Source of the DNA: Sphingobacteriales bacterium | Lineage (GTDB): Bacteria; Bacteroidota; Bacteroidia; UKL13-3 | DNA: 64,000 nucleotides | Direction: 5' to 3' | Assembly: GCA_021298155.1 (NCBI GenBank) | Contig: JAJTEN010000005.1 | Span: 9,899 to 73,898 of the forward strand | Part shown: piece after piece, positions 38,436-46,109 of the stretch | Layout of the letters: the number at the start of each line of letters is the position of its first letter | Position numbering within the stretch: the stretch's first letter is position 1 | Program-made: the position numbers and the translations under genes | Notes under the pieces: model-generated | Databases searched by the model: none | What the model was told of the DNA's origin: nothing | The model's input: only the letters and a program-made list of their open reading frames with translations

Positions 38436-39201
38436 TATGTTCTATATTTTATCTAAAATTATTTATGCATTGGTGGCTCCCGTTAGTATTGTAATCATAT
38501 TATTTTTACTCTTTTTGCTAACTAAAATAAAGCGTTACCTTTATTTGGCATTTTTTTTTCTGTTATTTTTTACCAATCCCTGGATAGCACAACATGTTAT
38601 GGCCTGGTATGAAGTAGAGCCAATTGCTCTTGAAGAAAAGAATCAATATGATGCGATAATTATTCCCTCTGGATTTGTAATTAATTTTGCTGTTGGCCAG
38701 CAGCAAAGAACAAACTTTAGTGATGGAAATGATAGAATGTTACAGGCCATCGATTTATTTAAAAGAGGTATTTCATCCAAAATTATTTATACCGGTGGTT
38801 CAGATACGGTTTTTGGTGCTTATGAAGCGGAAGCTAAATTAGGGAAAGAATTTTTAATTAAATGTGGTATTCCTGATACCTGTATTTGGATTGAAACCAA
38901 ATCTATGAATACCTACGAAAATGCTGCATTTACTGCGCAAATGCTGGAAGCTAAAGACAAAAATTGGAAGCAAAAAAAGTATCTACTTTCTACTGCTGGC
39001 TTTCATATGCGTAGAGCAATAGCATGTTTTAAAAAACAAAATTTCAATATAGATGCTTATAGTACAGATATTAGAAGTAGTAGATCTAAAAATACCATAT
39101 TAAATACAATAATGCCTAATTACGGTGGTTTTCAGGCATGGACATTCTTATGGAAGGAATGGATTGGTTTAGTGGTATATAAAATTAAGGGATATATTTA
39201 A
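38428..39201 (+). CDS. YdcF/DUF218 (ElyC/SanA-like) family protein
   Basis: N-terminal TM helices, then IIIPSG..., ...IIYTGG..., KSMNTYENAAFTAQML, typical of the DUF218 Rossmann-like domain. 8-nt overlap upstream, 1-nt overlap with uvrA. Confidence 0.78.
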   Translation: MLNMFYILSKIIYALVAPVSIVIILFLLFLLTKIKRYLYLAFFFLLFFTNPWIAQHVMAWYEVEPIALEEKNQYDAIIIPSGFVINFAVGQQQRTNFSDGNDRMLQAIDLFKRGISSKIIYTGGSDTVFGAYEAEAKLGKEFLIKCGIPDTCIWIETKSMNTYENAAFTAQMLEAKDKNWKQKKYLLSTAGFHMRRAIACFKKQNFNIDAYSTDIRSSRSKNTILNTIMPNYGGFQAWTFLWKEWIGLVVYKIKGYI

Positions 39202-42053
39202 TGGCAAAAAAAGTGGGGTTGAACCAATTGGATCAAGCTGAAGTGATTGAAATACTTGGGGCTAGGGAGCATAATTTAAAAAATATTGATGTGGTAATAC
39301 CAAGACATAAATTGGTTACCATAACAGGCTTAAGTGGTAGCGGAAAATCGTCACTTGCCTTCGACACCATTTTTGCGGAGGGGCAGAGGCGATACATGGA
39401 AAGTTTTTCTGCCTATGCAAGGCAGTTTATTGGGAACATGGATAGACCCGATGTAGATAAAATTAACGGCCTATCTCCTGTTATTGCTATTGAGCAAAAA
39501 ACAGTAAATAAAAATCCCAGATCTACTGTAGGTACTATTACAGAAATTTATGATTTTTTACGATTATTATATGCTCGTGCCTCAGATGCGTATAGCTATG
39601 TAAGCGGTGAAAAAATGGTTAAATTTACCGAAGAGCAAATTGTAAATTCCATTATTCAACGTTTTGAAGCGAATAAAATTTCAATTTTAGCGCCATTAGT
39701 TAAAGGTAGAAAGGGGCATTATAGAGAGTTATTTGAGCAAGTGCGTAAGCAAGGGTATACCAAAGTTAGGTTAGATGGAATTGTAATGGAAATTACCCCC
39801 AAAATGCAGGCAGATAGGTATAAAATTCATGATATTGAATTGATTATTGATAGGGTTGATGCCAGTTCGTCTGCTAGGTTTAGAATTGCAGAAAGTGTGA
39901 AAAGTGCCTTAAAAATGGGTAAGGGAACTTTGGTAGTTTTAAACCATTTGGATGAGCAGGCGTATCATTACAGCAAATTTTTAATGGATCCGAAAAGTGG
40001 TATTTCTTATGATGAGCCACAGCCTAATACTTTCTCATTTAATTCACCTTATGGGGCTTGTTCTACTTGTGATGGTTTAGGTGTTAAGAGCATCATCGAT
40101 GAGAAATCAATTATTCCCGATCCAAAACTTTCCATTAATAAAGGTGCATTATCACCCTTGGGTGAGGCAAGAGAAAACTGGACATTTCAACAGTTGCGTG
40201 AATTGGGTAAGCGACATAAATTTACTTTTGCCGATCCAATAGAAAAAATCAGTAAAGAATCTGTACAGGTAATTTTATATGGCGATGATGAGCCGCTTGT
40301 TATTCCATTTCAATACAGTAGCGGATATACTCAAAATTATAGCAGCAAATGGGAAGGTTTGGTTCATATAATTACCCGTCATTACCATGAAAAAAGTTAT
40401 GATGCCATTTACAAATGGGCTGAAGAATTCATGGAGATTCAAACTTGTCCGGATTGTAAAGGTGCGCGATTAAAAAAAGAATCTTTGCACTTTAAAATTG
40501 GCGATAAAAATATCGCTGATCTTGCTGTTATGGAGATTGGTGCCTTAGGAGATTGGTTCAGCCAGATTGAAGAAAAGTTAGATGCCAAGCAGCAATTAAT
40601 TGGTGTAGAAATTTTAAAAGAAATTAGAAGTAGGATATCTTTTTTACGTGGAGTTGGAATTGATTACTTGAGCTTAAATTCTCCGGCAAAAACGCTGAGT
40701 GGTGGAGAGGCGCAACGCATCAGATTAGCTACCCAAATTGGCTCACAATTAGTGGGGGTTTTATATATTTTGGATGAACCTAGTATTGGTCTGCATCAAA
40801 GAGATAACCAACGTTTAATAGATTCTTTAAAAGCGCTTAGGGATATTGGTAATAGTGTAATAGTTGTAGAACACGATAAAGACATGATGGAGGAGAGTGA
40901 TTTTATTTTAGATATTGGATATGGCGCGGGAATTCATGGTGGACATATTGCTGGAAAGGGAACATACGCTGATATTCTCAAAGGAGATTCTATAACAGCT
41001 CAATATTTAAATGGTAAAAAGAAAATTGAAGTGCCATCTGTAAGAAGGGTAGGAAATGGTAATTTACTTGAACTTAATGGTGCAACAGGGAATAATTTAA
41101 AAAATGTTTCCATTCAAATTCCATTAGGTACATTGGTTTGCGTAACGGGTGTAAGTGGGAGCGGGAAGTCATCCTTAATCAATGAAACACTTTATCCAAT
41201 ATTAAGACAGCACTTCTATAATTCTCATCAAAAACCCTTAGCATATAAGTCTATAAAGGGCTTAAACTTTATAGATAAGGTAATAGAAATTGATCAGTCG
41301 CCCATAGGTAGAACACCCAGAAGTAATCCTGCTACTTATGTTGAGGTGTTTGCAGATATTCGCGCTTTGTTTGCCAATCTCCCAGAGGCTAAAATAAGAG
41401 GGTATAAGCCAGGAAGATTTTCTTTTAATGTAAAAGGTGGACGCTGTGAAACCTGTCAGGGAGCAGGAATGCGTAGCATTGAAATGAATTTTTTACCTGA
41501 TGTGTATGTAAAGTGTGAATCTTGTAATGGAAAACGATACAATCGTGAAACCTTAGAAGTTAGATTTAAAGGTAAAAGCATTAATGATGTATTAAATATG
41601 TCTATTGAAGATGCAGTGGTTTTCTTTGAAAACACACCGCATATTCTTAGAAAAATAGCTGCTTTACATGATGTAGGATTAGGTTATATTACCTTGGGTC
41701 AGCAAAGTACCACCCTCAGTGGAGGCGAAGCACAAAGGGTTAAACTAGCTACAGAGTTGAGTAAAAAAGACACAGGCAATACGTTTTATATTTTAGATGA
41801 ACCAACTACTGGATTGCACTTTGAAGATGTAAATGTTTTGCTTGGGGTACTACAAAAATTAGTGGATAAAGGAAATACAGTATTGGTGATAGAGCACAAT
41901 ATGGATATGATAAAGGTGTCTGATTATATCATAGATATTGGTCCGGAAGGCGGTAAATACGGCGGTCAATTAATTGGAGCTGGTAGTCCGGAGCAAATTA
42001 GCAAATTAAAAAATAGTTATACCGCTCACTATTTAAAGAAGGAATTACAATAA
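39201..42053 (+). CDS. uvrA: Excinuclease ABC subunit A
   Basis: 950 aa. Two ABC modules (GLSGSGKSSLAFDT; GVSGSGKSSLINET), zinc modules (CSTCDGLG; CPDCKGARL; CETCQGAG...CESCNGKRY), LSGGEAQR twice. Confidence 0.98.
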   Translation: MAKKVGLNQLDQAEVIEILGAREHNLKNIDVVIPRHKLVTITGLSGSGKSSLAFDTIFAEGQRRYMESFSAYARQFIGNMDRPDVDKINGLSPVIAIEQKTVNKNPRSTVGTITEIYDFLRLLYARASDAYSYVSGEKMVKFTEEQIVNSIIQRFEANKISILAPLVKGRKGHYRELFEQVRKQGYTKVRLDGIVMEITPKMQADRYKIHDIELIIDRVDASSSARFRIAESVKSALKMGKGTLVVLNHLDEQAYHYSKFLMDPKSGISYDEPQPNTFSFNSPYGACSTCDGLGVKSIIDEKSIIPDPKLSINKGALSPLGEARENWTFQQLRELGKRHKFTFADPIEKISKESVQVILYGDDEPLVIPFQYSSGYTQNYSSKWEGLVHIITRHYHEKSYDAIYKWAEEFMEIQTCPDCKGARLKKESLHFKIGDKNIADLAVMEIGALGDWFSQIEEKLDAKQQLIGVEILKEIRSRISFLRGVGIDYLSLNSPAKTLSGGEAQRIRLATQIGSQLVGVLYILDEPSIGLHQRDNQRLIDSLKALRDIGNSVIVVEHDKDMMEESDFILDIGYGAGIHGGHIAGKGTYADILKGDSITAQYLNGKKKIEVPSVRRVGNGNLLELNGATGNNLKNVSIQIPLGTLVCVTGVSGSGKSSLINETLYPILRQHFYNSHQKPLAYKSIKGLNFIDKVIEIDQSPIGRTPRSNPATYVEVFADIRALFANLPEAKIRGYKPGRFSFNVKGGRCETCQGAGMRSIEMNFLPDVYVKCESCNGKRYNRETLEVRFKGKSINDVLNMSIEDAVVFFENTPHILRKIAALHDVGLGYITLGQQSTTLSGGEAQRVKLATELSKKDTGNTFYILDEPTTGLHFEDVNVLLGVLQKLVDKGNTVLVIEHNMDMIKVSDYIIDIGPEGGKYGGQLIGAGSPEQISKLKNSYTAHYLKKELQ

Positions 42054-42109
42054 TTGCATGAAAGCATCACAAGTGTTTATCGGCACAAATGGTTCTTAAT
42101 GGAATCTAC

Positions 42110-42811
42110 CTATGGTAAGGTAAATCTATATCCAATACCCCTTGCAGATTGAATGTATACGGGTAGTTTTGGATCTTCTTCAAAGTATTTTCGCAATGCC
42201 AAAATAAAATTATCAATGGTTCTTGTGTTTGGAATTACGGTATAATCCCAAACAACCTTTAAAATATGTTCTCTACTTACTACTTGCTCTTTGTTCTCTA
42301 TAAGCAAACGCATTAGCATACTTTCTTTTTTGGTTAGCTCAAACTTTCCATTGATGCCATTTGCTGTATTGTTTTCAAAATTGATCCAATTGTTTCCAAA
42401 GTGAAATAATTTGGGCACTTTACCTTCGTTGCTATTTTTTATTTGCCGACTGCGTTCAATTAATTTATTTATACGTAAAATAAGTTCTTCTAATTCAAAA
42501 GGCTTTGTTAAATAATCATCTGCTCCTTTTTTTAACCCACTAATGCGATCTGCGGGGGTGTTTTTGGCCGATAGAAATAGCACAGGTATATGTTGATCAT
42601 ACAAGCGAATATTCTCACAAACCATTAAGCCATCCATTTCTGGAAGCATGATATCTAGTATAACTAAGTCAAATTTTTGCTCTCTAAAAACTTTTATTGC
42701 ATCTGAACCATTAGCAGAAACATGAACCTGGTGGCCTTCTAATTCTAGATTTAATTTAATGGCGTGTTGTAAATGAATTTCATCTTCTACTAATAATATT
42801 CTAGTTTGCAT
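42110..42811 (-). CDS. OmpR/PhoB-family response regulator
   Basis: 233 aa. REC domain (ILLVEDE..., DLVILDIMLPEMDG, ...KPF) plus a winged-helix output (...RTIDNFILALRKYFE..., GIGYRF). Confidence 0.93.
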   Translation of the reverse strand: MQTRILLVEDEIHLQHAIKLNLELEGHQVHVSANGSDAIKVFREQKFDLVILDIMLPEMDGLMVCENIRLYDQHIPVLFLSAKNTPADRISGLKKGADDYLTKPFELEELILRINKLIERSRQIKNSNEGKVPKLFHFGNNWINFENNTANGINGKFELTKKESMLMRLLIENKEQVVSREHILKVVWDYTVIPNTRTIDNFILALRKYFEEDPKLPVYIQSARGIGYRFTLP

Positions 42812-43910
42812 TTGATTCTAATTTTATTTCGAATACTGTTCCTTTGGGCTGATTGTCTGAAACGCTTATTTTGCCTTTGTGCAAATGAACTAAGTGTTTT
42901 GCAATGAATAACCCTAAGCCTGTCCCTTTTGTTTTTCTGGTTTGTTCATCGCCTACCCTATAAAATTTATTGAACAACATTCGCTTATCAGTATCAGAAA
43001 TGCCTGAACCTTCGTCTATTACCTGCAGAATTATTTGATTTTGATTTGATTTTAAAACAACTTTTATTTTACCATGTTCGCCACCATATTTCTCCGCATT
43101 ACTTAGTAAGTTGTTCAAAATCATTTCAATGGCGCTAGCATCGGCCTTTACTATTAACTGTTCTTCTATCTCTGTAAAAATTCTGTCTTTTTCTTCTCGA
43201 GGTAAATTATAGTGTGAAATATGTTCTGTTACTAGTTCACTTACATTCACATCTTGTATATCTAGTTCGTACTTTTTGCTATCTAATTGGGCAGATAACA
43301 ATAGTTTTTCTACTTGCTCTTGTAGGCGTTTTGTTTCATTTAAAGAATTCTCAGCGATGGTTTGAATTTGTTCTGGATGAATGGTTCTTTTGAGCAGGGT
43401 TTCCATATACAATTTCATAGCAGTGAGTGGAGTTTTAAGCTCGTGTGTAACAGATAATAAGAAATTGTTTTGTAGTTTCTTTAAAAATAATTCTTTCTTA
43501 AAACTTTTGTAAATGTATACCATTCCCCAAAATAGCAACAGCATCATTACCAGTCCTTCTGTAATATACATGGTCAGCTTCCTGTTCAGGTCAGCTTCTA
43601 TCTTTTTGTAACTTTCAATACTTGGTCTAACCATAAAGTTATCTAAAGGCATGAAGTTATCTAAAAATAGCAAATCTAATTCTGGATAGTTGGCTGCAAA
43701 AAACTTTTGCATATCTATGCTATCATTAAACATTTCTTGTGATACAGCACCCTGTAAATCAAATGTTGCTTTATAGCAACTCATTTCCAGCAAATCTTTC
43801 TTTTGCGTAAATATTTTTTGGGTATTGCTGTAATGGGCATAGGTCCACCAAGCAAATGCAGCAAAAATGTATACACTGAGTAAAATAAAAATAATGCGCG
43901 CTCTATCCAT
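42801..43910 (-). CDS. Sensor histidine kinase (2 TM, ~90-aa periplasmic loop)
   Basis: 369 aa. H-box LLSVTHELKTPLTAM, N-box LLSNAEKYG, G-boxes VIDEGSGI / GTGLGL. 11-nt overlap with the regulator gene. Confidence 0.9.
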   Translation of the reverse strand: MDRARIIFILLSVYIFAAFAWWTYAHYSNTQKIFTQKKDLLEMSCYKATFDLQGAVSQEMFNDSIDMQKFFAANYPELDLLFLDNFMPLDNFMVRPSIESYKKIEADLNRKLTMYITEGLVMMLLLFWGMVYIYKSFKKELFLKKLQNNFLLSVTHELKTPLTAMKLYMETLLKRTIHPEQIQTIAENSLNETKRLQEQVEKLLLSAQLDSKKYELDIQDVNVSELVTEHISHYNLPREEKDRIFTEIEEQLIVKADASAIEMILNNLLSNAEKYGGEHGKIKVVLKSNQNQIILQVIDEGSGISDTDKRMLFNKFYRVGDEQTRKTKGTGLGLFIAKHLVHLHKGKISVSDNQPKGTVFEIKLESNAN

Positions 43911-43922
43911 ATGATATACAAC

Positions 43923-44141
43923 TTAAATTTCCCATAAGGTGTTTTTATTTGGTCGCATATATTTTTTTATATTGATCCAAAAGGCAATAATTAAATAAAT
44001 GATAACGGGTGAACCCATGGTAATAAAAGAGGTATAGATAAAATACAAACGAATCTTGCTAGAAGATATGCCAAGCTTAGCGCCAATATAGCTGCAAACG
44101 CCAAAGACATGTTTTTCAATAAAAAATTTTATTCTATCCAT
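43923..44141 (-). CDS. PspC-domain small membrane protein
   Basis: 72 aa. ...VFGVCSYIGAKLGISSSKIRLYFI... followed by one TM is the PspC domain signature. Confidence 0.8.
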   Translation of the reverse strand: MDRIKFFIEKHVFGVCSYIGAKLGISSSKIRLYFIYTSFITMGSPVIIYLIIAFWINIKKYMRPNKNTLWEI

Positions 44142-44168
44142 TTGTATCTTTTACGAATATAGATAATA

Positions 44169-44723
44169 TTATTTGATTATCGGATAAACTTTCCAGCCCT
44201 CTTTTACCTGATATTTGGGTTTATCAGGGAAAATACTATTTATAATTAAATTCATTCCTACTCCTAATCCAACAGAAATTCCAATTCTTCCCGCCAAATT
44301 AAAATCATTATTTTTATAGGTTCTATCCAATAAAAAAATTGCACCCACAGCTGAGCCTAAACTAAGTGTTGTTTTAAGAATAACCGAACCTAATCCAATT
44401 CGTCTGAACGCTAGAATATCTGAGTATTTTATTTCTTTATATAGCAGTATGTCTGGTCCCAACAAGGAATACCCGAGTACAAAACTACTGTCTTTTATTT
44501 CTGTTAAAGTTTGTTTGAAATTCTCTGTTTGACCCAAATACCCTCGGTATTTTATGCTTAATTGATCACCTAATTTTGCCTGAATAATCTTTCCCTTTTG
44601 TTCATGAAAAAATACAATTTGCTCCTGCGCAAGTAGACTTTTAGGTTCACTCAGGAGGAGAACAAATAGTATAAATATTATTCTGTTTTTAAAATATAAT
44701 CTCCAATGGCACATGTTAAACAT
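44169..44723 (-). CDS. Hypothetical secreted/membrane protein with glycine-zipper helices
   Basis: 184 aa. Signal-like N-terminus, a small beta domain, then GLGSVILKTTLSLGSAVGAIFLL and GRIGISVGLGVGMNLII. Start uncertain (overlaps the upstream gene end). Confidence 0.5.
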   Translation of the reverse strand: MFNMCHWRLYFKNRIIFILFVLLLSEPKSLLAQEQIVFFHEQKGKIIQAKLGDQLSIKYRGYLGQTENFKQTLTEIKDSSFVLGYSLLGPDILLYKEIKYSDILAFRRIGLGSVILKTTLSLGSAVGAIFLLDRTYKNNDFNLAGRIGISVGLGVGMNLIINSIFPDKPKYQVKEGWKVYPIIK

Positions 44724-45958
44724 TTTTTTGTGTTACAATAATAGTTTTTTAATTGAATCAACGCTTGAGTTTCTGTTGCTTTTTGGAGCCTTATTCCTGA
44801 TTTTTTCCATTGTTTAATAATATAGTTGTTTTCGGCTGGAATTTCTTGCAGCCATAGATATACCTTTTCGCACAATTGTTCTTGTTGATTGTATTTGCCG
44901 TAATAGAATAATATTGGAATCAGGGTATTGATAAATATACTATTTATCAAATCTTTACTCAATTGAATTGTTTCTATGTAAGCTTCTTTGGTATTAGGAT
45001 GTAAATCTCCAATATCAATTTTTTGCTTTCCGTTAATTTGGATTATTTTTTTTGCATGAGTAAAATCAGTGATGTGCAATAATTCTTCGAACAAATTTGG
45101 ATGTTGGTGCATGCATTCTACCCACTGGAATAACCTAATTGTTGGGAAGTTGGCCGGCCTAATTCCGCCAAATTTCCAAATAGACACATCTAGTGGTTTA
45201 ATTCCATGCTTGCCGGCTAAGAATTTAAATTCTTGTTGTAAACTTAAATTATATGGATCCTTGAGATTCCCCTTTAAAAAACCTGCTGCACCCAATACCA
45301 ATGCCTGCCTAGCTAATAAATTGCTTTGGTAGCTTAGTTGAAGCTTATAAGAAATTACTTTACTTACTACTTCAAATGAGCTAGCATTAGATTTTTGGCC
45401 AAATACAATGGCCATTTGTTCATACAATAAGGCCTCCCAGTTGCCATTTAACTTTTCGTGTGCTTGCTGTATGGCAGCTACTTTAACTTCAAGGCGCTCT
45501 ACACTTAATCTGCTTAACCAATTATTCCATACTATACTGGGTAGCGGTTTAAAAATACTACTGCATGGAATTTCTTGTTTGGCTTCCATCATTTTTTTGT
45601 AGTTATTTAATATTTTTTCTGAGATAAGTTGCGCAATTTCAAGCGTTGGATAAGGATTGTTAAACGGGTCTAATATTTCTGTATTGTGTTGCCATACTAC
45701 ATGTAAAATGACGTTATGATAGGCAGAATCAAACTGGTGTCCATGCTTCATCCAATCGCTACTTTTTACATGTATTTCAACATTTCCTATCCAAAGTTTA
45801 TCGCCAATTCTAATTTGTGCATTAAAAAAATCGGGACCAGAATGGCGGTTTAATAGGCCCGTTTTAATAATTTGAATGGGTTCTCCTGACGTGGTAAAAA
45901 GTTCTTTTTGAAGCAAATATTTGTGCTGCCAAAGAAATTGGAGTAGATCTTCTTTCAT
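44678..45958 (-). CDS. DUF2851-like conserved protein
   Basis: 426 aa. MKEDLLQFLWQHKYL...GPDFFNAQIRIGDKLWIGNVEIHVKSSDWMKHGH...YHNVILHVVW matches my memory of DUF2851. C-terminal CxxC. Confidence 0.72.
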   Translation of the reverse strand: MKEDLLQFLWQHKYLLQKELFTTSGEPIQIIKTGLLNRHSGPDFFNAQIRIGDKLWIGNVEIHVKSSDWMKHGHQFDSAYHNVILHVVWQHNTEILDPFNNPYPTLEIAQLISEKILNNYKKMMEAKQEIPCSSIFKPLPSIVWNNWLSRLSVERLEVKVAAIQQAHEKLNGNWEALLYEQMAIVFGQKSNASSFEVVSKVISYKLQLSYQSNLLARQALVLGAAGFLKGNLKDPYNLSLQQEFKFLAGKHGIKPLDVSIWKFGGIRPANFPTIRLFQWVECMHQHPNLFEELLHITDFTHAKKIIQINGKQKIDIGDLHPNTKEAYIETIQLSKDLINSIFINTLIPILFYYGKYNQQEQLCEKVYLWLQEIPAENNYIIKQWKKSGIRLQKATETQALIQLKNYYCNTKKCLTCAIGDYILKTE

Positions 45959-46109
45959 AGGAATTTGGGGTAATGGCGCACATAATACGATTCATTTTCT
46001 TAATAGAATACTGCCTTGGTTTATTCATTGGCTCTCCTTGCTACATTTTTAACTCAATAATTATTCTTAGTAAAGGCCTATCTTGCGTTTTCAAAAAAAT
46101 CGTGTTTAT

